A stretch of 64,000 nucleotides of DNA. It comes from Spirochaetia bacterium. Lineage in GTDB: Bacteria; Spirochaetota; Spirochaetia; SZUA-6; Fen-1364. The position numbers were made by a program, and so were the translations under genes. The stretch lies in contig JBEKQU010000001.1 of NCBI GenBank assembly GCA_049519415.1, positions 9,384 through 73,383 on the forward strand, in the 5' to 3' direction. Below, one piece after another: positions 17,815 through 26,568 of the stretch; positions within the stretch are counted from its first letter, which is position 1, and each line of letters opens with the position of its first letter. The notes under the pieces are model-generated. The model saw only the letters and a program-made list of their open reading frames with translations, searched no databases and was not told the origin of the DNA.

Positions 17815-18243
17815 ATGTTGCGATTCATCATTTCACTGATCCTGCTGCTCGGCACGATCATAGGCGCGATGGTATTGGATGCCGGAGACCCGACCGTGCT
17901 GATCCGCATCCCGGCCCTCATCATCGAGTTGCTCGTCCCTGCCTTTGCGATGCTGGCAGTGTGGCGCCTGGCAGAGGTCGGGCACGCGTTCCGCGACGCT
18001 TTCTCGAGGAAGGGCGATGCTGCCTCCCGATCGCGCTCGGCGCGTATCTGGGAGTTTGCCGAGAAGGTCTGCTACGCAACTGCCGTGATCGGCCCTATCC
18101 TCGGCGCCGTTCTCATCCTCTCCAGCGGAAGGAGTTCCTTCGCGGATATAGGCCGCGCCGTCAGCTCAGCACTCATCGCACCGCTGTACGGGATCACACT
18201 CGGGATCGTCTGCCGTATCCTCAAGGCGCGGGTTGAGCTGTAG
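17815..18243 (+). CDS. Mini MotA/TolQ/ExbB-like membrane protein (three predicted TM helices)
   Basis: GGAGG lies 7 nt upstream of the ATG. The C-terminal block VIGPILGAVLILSSGRSSFADIGRAVSSALIAPLYGITLGIVCRIL resembles the conserved MotA_ExbB channel core. The protein is only 142 aa, with no MotB/ExbD-like partner nearby. Confidence 0.4.
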   Translation: MLRFIISLILLLGTIIGAMVLDAGDPTVLIRIPALIIELLVPAFAMLAVWRLAEVGHAFRDAFSRKGDAASRSRSARIWEFAEKVCYATAVIGPILGAVLILSSGRSSFADIGRAVSSALIAPLYGITLGIVCRILKARVEL

Positions 18244-18813
18244 AGGGGCGTTCGCAGCGCAGCGCTGATCCGATCTCGGGTCATAGGAGGGACTTGAGGA
18301 GATCAATGAGGCCGGGGAGCATTCGTGGCTTGGCTGAGGAGAGCTGTTTCGACAACTCGATGCATCGTGACGGTGAATGTGTGGTTCGGTTCAGCCCTGC
18401 AACGAGCTCAGGGGCGCCGCACACATTGGTGTTCTGCTGCAAGAAAGGATTGAGGCGCTGTGGGAGAAGACCGTACCGCCGGGCCGGTCATGGGTGAGAT
18501 CCTGCAGCGACAGGGAAGCCCGGCCGACGTATTGAGCGGGGGCCTGTCGGGCATGCTGGCCTCCTTCTGATAACGATTTTTATGCTATTGACTCGATGCG
18601 TGAGTACGGGAGCGCGGCTGCAAGGTGAGCCAAAGTGCGGCATGGAGGACTCCTCGGTGCTCGGGACGGGTGCAGGGACTTGAATTGCGAGGTCTTGGCG
18701 GGTCAGGCAAGGGAAAGAGTGATTCAGGAGCTGCGGAGGATTGTGGACCGTGCCCGGGATGTCTATGGGAAGCTTGTCAAGGCGACCCGGCAGTGGCTGG
18801 GGGGGAGGGAGTG

Positions 18814-19269
18814 ATGTCGGCAAAGGAATACGAAGAATATGAACAGGCCTGCGCGGCAATCCGCGAGGAGAACGCGAAGCTCTTGTCCGCGTTCAGGCAA
18901 TGGCTCGGACAGAGCGGAATCTCCGAGAAAACTATTGACAGACACGCGTCGAACGCGGATTTCTACATCAATGAGTTCCTCCTCTATGAGGATGCGGTGC
19001 CCGCGGAGGATGGGGCAGACCAAATCTCCATGTTCCTGGGGTACTGGTTTATCCGAAAGGCAATGTGGGCAAGCACCAGCGCGATAAAACAAAACGCGGT
19101 CAGTCTTGCGAAGTTCTACGCTTTCATGTTGGAGAAGGGCCTCATTGATAGCGAGGATCTCCAGCACTTGGAGCGGACAATTAAAAACCGCATGCCAGAA
19201 TGGCTTGCGACAATGAAGCGCTACGATGATCCTGATATCACCGATCCCGACGAAATCTGGGGATTATAA
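18814..19269 (+). CDS. Protein consisting only of a phage-integrase N-terminal SAM-like (core-binding) domain. It is either a truncated tyrosine recombinase or a stand-alone domain protein.
   Basis: Start at MSAKEYEEYE, preceded by GGGAGGGAG. FRQWLGQSGISEKTIDRHASNADFYINEFL and the following helices follow the 4-helix core-binding pattern of XerD/phage integrases. No catalytic domain follows: the next 230 nt are non-coding. Confidence 0.4.
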   Translation: MSAKEYEEYEQACAAIREENAKLLSAFRQWLGQSGISEKTIDRHASNADFYINEFLLYEDAVPAEDGADQISMFLGYWFIRKAMWASTSAIKQNAVSLAKFYAFMLEKGLIDSEDLQHLERTIKNRMPEWLATMKRYDDPDITDPDEIWGL

Positions 19270-19469
19270 ACGTGAGCAGGCAGGGCACTATCTATGTGGG
19301 CGAGGCAGGCTGGCCTGCCAACGAGCAGCTGCTGCCCAAGGACCTGCACCCGGCATTGCAGAAGTTCCGCAAAGTGTAATACATTCGGCCGGGGCGTAAC
19401 GAACGGCACGATGAAGAAGTGGGCGTCCCAGACACTGGCGCTATCATTGATTCATTCCCTTCGTTAAGG

Positions 19470-19486
19470 TGTGATCGACAATCACA
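19470..19486 (+). promoter_or_regulatory. Perfect inverted repeat TGTGAT-N5-ATCACA immediately upstream of the ribosome-binding site of the CoADR-rhodanese gene; candidate operator
   Basis: The sequence tgtgatcgacaatcaca sits 16 nt before the start codon at 19503. The half-sites resemble CRP/FNR-class TGTGA motifs, but the spacing is one nt longer than the CRP consensus. Confidence 0.35.
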
Positions 19487-19502
19487 AGGAGCAGGACCAG
19501 AA

Positions 19503-21167
19503 ATGAAACTCCTCATCATCGGGGGCGTTGCCGGAGGCGCAACCGCCGCCGCCCGTGCCCGGCGCATTAGTGAAAGCGCGGAAATCACCATTATAGAGCG
19601 CGGTCCTTTTGTCTCGTATGCCAACTGCGGCTTGCCCTACTATATCTCGGGCGATATCCAGAAGCGTTCGAAGCTTCTCCTGCAGACTCCCGAAGGTTTC
19701 AACAGCCGCTACGGCGTGAAGGTTCTCGTGGAGACTGAGGCGCTGCAGATCGATCGCTCCGGGCAGCGGGTGCGCGTCAGGGGACCCGAGGGGGAGTCCT
19801 GGATCCCTTATGATGCACTCATACTCGCCCAGGGTGGAACCCCTGTGATGCCTTCGGTGCCGGGAGTGGATTCGCCTCACGTGTTCAAGCTCTGGACCGT
19901 GCCGGATATGGACAGGATTCACGCCTTCATCCAGGAGAAAAAGCCGGCCACCGCGGTCATTGCCGGTGGCGGCTTCATCGGCCTGGAAATGGCGGAAGCC
20001 CTTGCGCGGCGCGGGATTGCAGCGACCATTGTCGAGCTGCTCCCCCAGGTGATGTCCACCATGGACCCCGAGATGGGCGCCATGATTGCCGCGCGGCTGG
20101 AGCATCACGGGGTGAAGGTGATCACGGGCGTCGGCTTGAAGGCAGTCCTTTCCCGGAGCTCCGAGGTGGAGCTCACCAACGGAAAGCGGTTGCCGGCCGC
20201 TCTTGTGCTCATGTCCGTGGGTGTGAAGCCCGAGCTCACGCTTTCGCGGGATGCAGGGCTGGCAATAGGGACGGCGGGCGGGCTTGCTGTGGATGAGCAC
20301 CTTCGCACCTCGGATTCCCACATCTGGGCCGCCGGAGACATGAACGAGGTCGTTCACAAGGTGACGGGGAAAAGCGTGCGCATTCCCCTTGCCGGGCCGG
20401 CCAACCGACAGGGCAGGATCGCCGCCTCCAATGCACTGGGCATGGAGATGACGTACGCGGGTGCGCTGGGATCGAGCGTCGTGAAGGTGTTCGATGCAAC
20501 CGCGGCCATTACGGGTCTCTCGGAAACCGCGGCGCGCAAGGCGGGTTTCGATGCGGGATCTGCCATCGTGGTGAGGGATCATCACGCAGGCTATTTCCCC
20601 GGCGGGAAGGAGCTCGTGCTGAAGCTCGTCTACGATAGGAAGACCGCTCGCCTTCTCGGCGCCCAGGCCTTCGGCGAGGAGGGCGTGGAGAAGAGGATCG
20701 ATGTGGCTGCCGTTGCCCTCCAGGGCAGGCTCACCCTGCCTGATCTGGCGGAAACGGACCTTGCCTATGCCCCGCCCTACTCCTCGGCAAATGACCCGCT
20801 CAATCTTGCTGCATTCGTGGGCCTCAACGACCTATCGGGCTTCAGTCCTCTGGTCTCGGCGCAGGAGTTGCGGCAGCTTCTGACCTCCAGGGGCCCCCTG
20901 CGCCCCATCGTCCTCGACGTGCGCAATCGAAACGAGCACGAGCAGGGACATCTTCGGGGCGTGCTCCACGTGCCCGTTGATGAGCTTCGGTTCCGGTTGG
21001 ATGAGGTCCCCAGAGGGAAGCCGCTGGTGGTGCATTGCAGGTCCGGTTTCCGCTCCTATCTTGCTCTGCGTATCTTGAAGGAGAATGGCTGGACGAACGT
21101 GCGAAACCTCACGGGCGGATTTATCGCCATTTCCGCCTTGGGCGGTTTCGATATCGAGCACTCATAG
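19503..21167 (+). CDS. CoA-disulfide reductase / NADH-dependent persulfide reductase with a C-terminal rhodanese domain (CoADR-RHD)
   Basis: The N-terminus has FAD-binding GGVAGG and the redox-active SYANCGLPYY cysteine motif of CoADR/Nox/Npr enzymes. The C-terminal ~100 aa form a rhodanese domain with active-site loop HCRSGFRS. Start is at MKLLIIGG, preceded by AAGGAG. Confidence 0.8.
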   Translation: MKLLIIGGVAGGATAAARARRISESAEITIIERGPFVSYANCGLPYYISGDIQKRSKLLLQTPEGFNSRYGVKVLVETEALQIDRSGQRVRVRGPEGESWIPYDALILAQGGTPVMPSVPGVDSPHVFKLWTVPDMDRIHAFIQEKKPATAVIAGGGFIGLEMAEALARRGIAATIVELLPQVMSTMDPEMGAMIAARLEHHGVKVITGVGLKAVLSRSSEVELTNGKRLPAALVLMSVGVKPELTLSRDAGLAIGTAGGLAVDEHLRTSDSHIWAAGDMNEVVHKVTGKSVRIPLAGPANRQGRIAASNALGMEMTYAGALGSSVVKVFDATAAITGLSETAARKAGFDAGSAIVVRDHHAGYFPGGKELVLKLVYDRKTARLLGAQAFGEEGVEKRIDVAAVALQGRLTLPDLAETDLAYAPPYSSANDPLNLAAFVGLNDLSGFSPLVSAQELRQLLTSRGPLRPIVLDVRNRNEHEQGHLRGVLHVPVDELRFRLDEVPRGKPLVVHCRSGFRSYLALRILKENGWTNVRNLTGGFIAISALGGFDIEHS

Positions 21168-21206
21168 GCGGAGCGCGGCAGAAGCAAGCGCTCCAGGGAG
21201 AGAGTC

Positions 21207-21482
21207 TTGGCAGGCAATACCGTCAAGAAAAAGATTGCATCCGGCGCACGCGTCATTGATGTGCGCACGCCGGCTGAGTTCAAGGATGGAGCTTATCCTG
21301 GAGCGATCAACATTCCCCTTGCAATGCTTCCGGCGCACATGCAGGAGCTGGAGCCCCGGTCGGCCCCGATCGTGCTCTATTGCGCTTCCGGCGCGCGCAG
21401 CGGCCAGGCCATGCGATTCCTCAAGCAGAACGGGTTCACCGACGTGACTAACGCCGGCGGGCTTGATGACATGCCCCGCTGA
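21207..21482 (+). CDS. Single-domain rhodanese (sulfurtransferase, GlpE/PspE-like)
   Basis: 91 aa with the active-site loop YCASGARS (CxxGxR). Confidence 0.75.
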   Translation: MAGNTVKKKIASGARVIDVRTPAEFKDGAYPGAINIPLAMLPAHMQELEPRSAPIVLYCASGARSGQAMRFLKQNGFTDVTNAGGLDDMPR

Positions 21483-22074
21483 GGCCGCGATGGACGACGC
21501 CGATGAAAATCACGGTTCCCGACCAGTTCGACGAGATGTTCATGATCCGCCCATCTCCGCCTTGAGCCCGGCCAACCCATACAGCCCGGCAAGCACGGTG
21601 TGCTGGCACAATGTCGAGGCAGGCGACCCAGGCGCACCTCCGAACGCCACGGGCGGGGAGCGCTACACGGTGCGGGAGATATCCGGTCACACGTGGATCG
21701 AGCTCGCCCAGCCGGTCGCCGTGGACTTTGTTCCCGCTGGGCAGAAGACCGACATCGTGAAACCAGCTCCCGGCCATCTGGCCATCAAGACCATCAAGAA
21801 GCCGCAGATTCTGAGGTTCACCGGCTCGATCTACCAGCTCACCGACAACAAGGGCGACTCCTATGTGATGCATGCCACCGAAACGGGCACGCCGAGCCTC
21901 AATGTCATCCTTCCTGCGGGTTGGACCCTTCGCAAGGTGGACCTTGCCGAACCCCTCATTATCGCACCGTCGCAGGGCGGCTACTACAATATCGTAGGAG
22001 ACTGCCTGGGGCAGGGCTACCACCAGTACATCTTCGCGGACGCGATATATCCCGCGCGCAATACTACGCCATGA
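21463..22074 (+). CDS. Hypothetical protein (conserved-looking ~140-aa C-terminal domain; N-terminal boundary uncertain)
   Basis: This frame is strongly GC3-rich from about 21560 onward, while the first ~30 codons after 21463 are GC3-poor, so the true start is probably later. Its stop overlaps the downstream hydrolase start (ATGA). Confidence 0.4.
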   Translation: MMTCPAEAAMDDADENHGSRPVRRDVHDPPISALSPANPYSPASTVCWHNVEAGDPGAPPNATGGERYTVREISGHTWIELAQPVAVDFVPAGQKTDIVKPAPGHLAIKTIKKPQILRFTGSIYQLTDNKGDSYVMHATETGTPSLNVILPAGWTLRKVDLAEPLIIAPSQGGYYNIVGDCLGQGYHQYIFADAIYPARNTTP

Positions 22075-23060
22075 TGACGGACATGCCGGCCTCGGCCGCC
22101 GCGTGGAGCAAAGCGGGGGCGTACTTCTCCTGGAGGTCCACCCTTGTGGAAAACGCCCGCTTCAATGCGCTCAACATCTTCAGCATCAGGAGGGGAAACC
22201 CCGTAAACCCCGGCATCCTGTTGATTCACGGCTACCCGACGAGCAGCAGGGACTTCGCGGAGCTGGCGAAGGAGCTGAGCAGGGATTTCTATGTGTGCGC
22301 GCTCGACACGCCCGGCTACGGCTTTTCCGACAAGCCGAGGAAGGGCTTTCGCTTTTCGATATTCGACGATGCAAGGCTTGTGGATTATTTCGTGCGCGAA
22401 TTCGCAGGGCTCAAGAATTTCGTCCTCGTTACGCATGATAAAGGCGACAGCGTCGGATTGGCCCTGCTGCAGATATATCAATCCTATGGAGAGAAGCCCT
22501 ATACAATCAGCCACCATGTCATCACGAATGGGAACATCTGGCTTCCTCTTGCCCATCTCTCCACAATGCAGAAAGCCCTTCTCTCTCCGATCACCGGCCC
22601 TATTCTTTCAACGCTGTTGAGCCCGAGCTTGCTCGCGAAGGGTCTGGCCCGGGCAACGTACAGCCCATCCCTCGGCGCGGAGGAGACGGCAGCTCTTGCC
22701 TCCATATTCGCCTACCAGGATGGAACAAAGGTGGAGCACGAGATCATCAAGTATCTTAATGAAAGAAAGGCGAACGAGTCCGCGTGGTTGGAGACACTGC
22801 AGCGCAGCGACATCCCCACCACCCTTGTCTGGGGTGAGAGGGATAAAATAGCCCCGACCGCGGTTGCGGATTACGTCTGGACCAACTACCTGAAGACGCG
22901 CCCGATACCCGCCACCTACTGGCGGGTTCCCGCGGCCAACCATTACATCCAGCATGACCAGCCTCAGGCGCTCGCGGCGATTATTCGAAAGGCGGTCGGC
23001 GCCAGCCGTGGCCCGGGCGGCGTTGCCGGCGCGCGCCTCGAGGATTCGGTCACGCCATGA
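22071..23060 (+). CDS. Alpha/beta-hydrolase fold protein
   Basis: ILLIHGYPTSSRDF, a nucleophile-elbow-like HDKGDSVG, and a C-terminal His block. The ATG at 22071 is chosen because the upstream part of the long ORF is covered by the other frame. 329 aa. Confidence 0.7.
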   Translation: MMTDMPASAAAWSKAGAYFSWRSTLVENARFNALNIFSIRRGNPVNPGILLIHGYPTSSRDFAELAKELSRDFYVCALDTPGYGFSDKPRKGFRFSIFDDARLVDYFVREFAGLKNFVLVTHDKGDSVGLALLQIYQSYGEKPYTISHHVITNGNIWLPLAHLSTMQKALLSPITGPILSTLLSPSLLAKGLARATYSPSLGAEETAALASIFAYQDGTKVEHEIIKYLNERKANESAWLETLQRSDIPTTLVWGERDKIAPTAVADYVWTNYLKTRPIPATYWRVPAANHYIQHDQPQALAAIIRKAVGASRGPGGVAGARLEDSVTP

Positions 23061-23072
23061 GGAGGAAGCACA

Positions 23073-23564
23073 ATGGCGCGACTGTCCAATGTGACTGAGC
23101 GCGGTCGGGAGACCCAGCATCAGCTCCGTGATGTCCTTATGAGTCTGGTGATCGAGAAGGGCTACGAGCATGTCTCGGTCAGGGACATTACCGAGCGGGT
23201 AGGCATCGACCGGACCACCTTTTATCTGCACTTCAAGGACAAGCACGATCTGTTCGAGAAAAGCCAGCGCTGGGCGGTGGACGAGCTCATCGCACTGCGC
23301 TCCCGGGGCTCAGGTCCCTTCTCCGGCACATCGACCACCTTCGAGCACATGTCCCACAACTCCGAAAAGTACCTCGCAATCTATCGGTCTGAGGGCACTG
23401 CTTCTCATACGGGAATGCTTCAGGAGTACATTGCGCAAAGCATCATCCCCATTCTCGAAGTCCTGCTCAAAAAGAATGGCATTCGTCAGAAAGCCATGAT
23501 CGAACCTGTCGCCCATTACCTGACGGGCGCGCTCCGCGGCGTCCAGTCCTTGAAAGACGCATAA
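23073..23564 (+). CDS. TetR/AcrR-family transcriptional regulator
   Basis: N-terminal TetR helix-turn-helix (VSVRDITERVGIDRTTFYLHFKDKHDLF); 163 aa. Confidence 0.8.
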   Translation: MARLSNVTERGRETQHQLRDVLMSLVIEKGYEHVSVRDITERVGIDRTTFYLHFKDKHDLFEKSQRWAVDELIALRSRGSGPFSGTSTTFEHMSHNSEKYLAIYRSEGTASHTGMLQEYIAQSIIPILEVLLKKNGIRQKAMIEPVAHYLTGALRGVQSLKDA

Positions 23565-23861
23565 GGATCGCCTGCTCAAGGGGATTCCTATAGGAGAAAT
23601 TGCTGCGATCATCATGGATGTCCACCTCCAATTCCGTGACTTCGCGAGAGAATGCAAATGAGCCACGCCGCGGCGAGAAGGAGTCCTGTGGGATTGGTAA
23701 GAATGCTCTGCAGGGAAAGCCTCGTTCGCTTTTTGCATGCGAAGGCAGCGCCTGAACGGCGCCCGCGACATGTTGCCAGGTCCCGTCAATGAACGTATAG
23801 TGCGTCCGGGATTAGAGGAGGGTGGAATGACGAACCTTTTTACCAAAAGGCGGCGTGCATA

Positions 23862-25319
23862 ATGACGTATTTCCCAAACAGGATTCTCCTCCTAGGGTTC
23901 GGCGCCGTTGCCGAATGCACCCTCCCCTTGCTCTTTCGGCATATCCACGCCGACCCCAAAAAGCTCGTCATTCTTGATTTCGAAGACAAGGCTCCCCGGC
24001 TGCGGGAGTGGGTTGCGAAAGGCGTGACATTCGTCCGTTGCAGAGTGACTCCCGAGAACCTCGGCAGCCTGCTGGGGACGTACGTATCCCCGGGCGACTT
24101 GATCGTCGACCTCGCCTGGAATATCGACGCCGGGGATATCCTTCAATGGAGCCACGATCACGGGGTCTTGTACGTGAACACGTCCACCGAATTATGGAAC
24201 CCCTATTCTTCGGCCGGCAAGGTGCATCCATCAGAAAGGACGCTGTACTGGCGCTATATGCGGCTTCGCGAAAGGATAGCACGGTGGAAGGAGCCGGGCC
24301 CCACCGCAGTGATAGAGCACGGGGCCAACCCCGGCCTCATCTCCCACTTCACCAAGCAGGGCCTGATCGACATCGCAAATGCCGTCGCGGCTGACAAGAA
24401 GGTGAGCGGTCATGTTGCGGAGACCCTCGAGGAATACGTCGCACAACGCAGCTTCAGCCTGGTCGCGCGGGCGCTTGGCGTGAAGGTCATCCATTGCAGC
24501 GAACGGGACACGCAGATCGCCAACCTTCCCAAGGCTGTGGATGAGTTCGTGAACACCTGGAGCGTTGAGGGTTTCTACGAGGAAGGCACAACCACCGCAG
24601 AATTGGGATGGGGCACGCATGAGAAGTGGATTCCGCCTCTCGCGTACCGCCACGCCGCGGGTCCGCGCAACCAGATTTGCCTTGCACGCATGGGAATCAA
24701 CACGTGGGTGCGCTCGTGGGTGCCGTCGGGGCCCATTCATGGCATGGTGATTCGGCACGGCGAATCCTTTTCAATTTCCGAACGCCTGACAGTGGAGGAA
24801 AGGGGAAGGCCCGTGTATCGACCCACGGTCCATTACGCCTACTGTCCCTGCGACGCCGCCATCGCCTCGCTGACTGAGTTGCGGGGCAACAACTACACGC
24901 TGCAGTCCCGTCAGCGAATAATGGCGGATGAAATCACCAGCGGCACGGACGCGCTGGGCGCCCTGATCATGGGTCATCCCTTCACCTCCTGGTGGATCGG
25001 CAGCGATCTCAGCATCGAGGAGTCGCGTCGCCTCCTTCCCCACCAGAATGCGACGACCATGCAGGTCGCCATTTCCGTGGTTGCCGCGGTGGAATGGATG
25101 ATCCAGAATCCAGGGCGCGGCGTGCTGGTTCCCGATGATCTGCCGCACGATTTCATCCTGGACATCGCCAAGCCGTATCTCGGAACTTTCATTTCAGCAC
25201 CCTCCGATTGGACGCCCCTGAACTATCTCCCGAACGCGTTCGAGGGATACAATGATCAGAGCATCGATCCCAAGGATCCGTGGCAATTCAAGAACTTCCT
25301 CGTAAGGGAAAGCGATTGA
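23862..25319 (+). CDS. hss: Homospermidine synthase (NAD-dependent, bacterial type)
   Basis: 485 aa. The N-terminal Rossmann region (ILLLGFGAVAECTLPLLFRH...LVILDF) and the overall length match bacterial HSS. It is adjacent to an ornithine decarboxylase gene. Confidence 0.7.
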   Translation: MTYFPNRILLLGFGAVAECTLPLLFRHIHADPKKLVILDFEDKAPRLREWVAKGVTFVRCRVTPENLGSLLGTYVSPGDLIVDLAWNIDAGDILQWSHDHGVLYVNTSTELWNPYSSAGKVHPSERTLYWRYMRLRERIARWKEPGPTAVIEHGANPGLISHFTKQGLIDIANAVAADKKVSGHVAETLEEYVAQRSFSLVARALGVKVIHCSERDTQIANLPKAVDEFVNTWSVEGFYEEGTTTAELGWGTHEKWIPPLAYRHAAGPRNQICLARMGINTWVRSWVPSGPIHGMVIRHGESFSISERLTVEERGRPVYRPTVHYAYCPCDAAIASLTELRGNNYTLQSRQRIMADEITSGTDALGALIMGHPFTSWWIGSDLSIEESRRLLPHQNATTMQVAISVVAAVEWMIQNPGRGVLVPDDLPHDFILDIAKPYLGTFISAPSDWTPLNYLPNAFEGYNDQSIDPKDPWQFKNFLVRESD

Positions 25320-25389
25320 GAGACCGGCCTCGGTCCCGCAGTCGGCGAATGGCATTGGCCAATTCCCTTCCATTGACAGGAGCCCCAAG

Positions 25390-26529
25390 ATGATAGAGCT
25401 TGTTCGCCTGCAGAAGCTCGCCCAGGAGCATGGCACGCCCCTGTTCGTCGTGGACCATGACGAGATCCGCAGGAGCTACCGCACATTCCTGAGCCATCTG
25501 CCGCGGGTGCAGGCCTATTTCGCGGTCAAGGCAAACCCCGACCCGGCCATTGTCCGAACGCTCTTCCGGGAGGGCGCGAGCTTCGATGTCGCCTCCCTGC
25601 CGGAGTTCATGATCGTGCATGAAAACATCAAGGACATGCCGGCCAAGGAACGCCAGGACTGGATTTGGGACAAGATCATTTATGGCAACCCCGTGAAGAC
25701 CCCGGCGACCCTGGAAAAGCTGGATGAGTACAAACCCCTGGTGACGTTCGACAACCACGATGAGATCCAGAAGATCAAGGAGCACGCGCCCCATGCCGGG
25801 CTGGCCCTGCGCCTGCGCGTACCCAACACGGGAGCCATGGTGGAGCTCTCCTCCAAGTTCGGCGCGGCCCCCGGGGAAGCCGTGGACCTCATCCTGGAAG
25901 CGGATCGCGTCGGACTGGTCGTGGAAGGCCTCAGCTTCCACGTGGGAAGCCAGACCAACAACTTCGGCAACTATGTGCAGGCGCTGAGCATATGCGCGAA
26001 TGTGTTCGAGGAAGCCCAATCTCGGGGATACACCAAGATGAATCTTATCGACATCGGCGGGGGCTTTCCCGTGCCGTACGATGCCACGGTCAAGCCGTTC
26101 CAGGAGCTGGCCATGATCATCAGCTCCGAGCTGGATCGTCTTTTTCCCAAGGATGTCCAGGTGCTCGCGGAGCCGGGCCGGTTCCTTGTCGCCTCGTCGA
26201 GCTACGTCGTAGCCGAGGTGATCGGAACCGCGGTGCGTGACGGGAAGAGGTGCTACTACATCAACGATGGCGTCTATCAAACCTACTCGGGGATCATCTT
26301 CGATCACTGCCATTATCCGGTAAAAGCGTTCACGGCAGGTCCCACACAGATCAGCGCGGTGTTCGGCCCCACATGCGACGCTCTGGACACGATTTCCACG
26401 GCGGAAAACCTTCCCGAGCTTCATCGGGGCGACCTTGTGTACAGCGACCTGATCGGAGCGTACAGCAATGCCTCATCGACGTACTTCAATGGGTTCCCGC
26501 CGGCAAAGGTGGTTCACATCAACATGTAG
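25390..26529 (+). CDS. PLP-dependent ornithine (Orn/Lys/DAP family) decarboxylase, alanine-racemase-fold type
   Basis: FAVKAN PLP-lysine motif, a GGGFPV glycine loop, and a C-terminal beta domain; 379 aa. Confidence 0.75.
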   Translation: MIELVRLQKLAQEHGTPLFVVDHDEIRRSYRTFLSHLPRVQAYFAVKANPDPAIVRTLFREGASFDVASLPEFMIVHENIKDMPAKERQDWIWDKIIYGNPVKTPATLEKLDEYKPLVTFDNHDEIQKIKEHAPHAGLALRLRVPNTGAMVELSSKFGAAPGEAVDLILEADRVGLVVEGLSFHVGSQTNNFGNYVQALSICANVFEEAQSRGYTKMNLIDIGGGFPVPYDATVKPFQELAMIISSELDRLFPKDVQVLAEPGRFLVASSSYVVAEVIGTAVRDGKRCYYINDGVYQTYSGIIFDHCHYPVKAFTAGPTQISAVFGPTCDALDTISTAENLPELHRGDLVYSDLIGAYSNASSTYFNGFPPAKVVHINM

Positions 26530-26568
26530 GCACAGAGTGATGGTCGATTTCTCCGCCTGGGAATCCCC

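Noticed and set aside
18294-18497. 67-aa Cys-containing ORF in the island intergenic region
   Set aside because: It has no ribosome-binding site, only moderate GC3 and no motif. A second short frame (GTG 18460..TGA 18567) is GC3-rich but is only 35 codons, which is not enough to call.
19270-19502. Possible attR or direct repeat of the tRNA-Leu 3' end at the right island boundary
   Set aside because: I looked for a copy of GTTCAAGTCCAGTCCGCAGCA or its sub-strings in 19.2-23.9 kb and found none by eye. The boundary is supported only by the GC drop.
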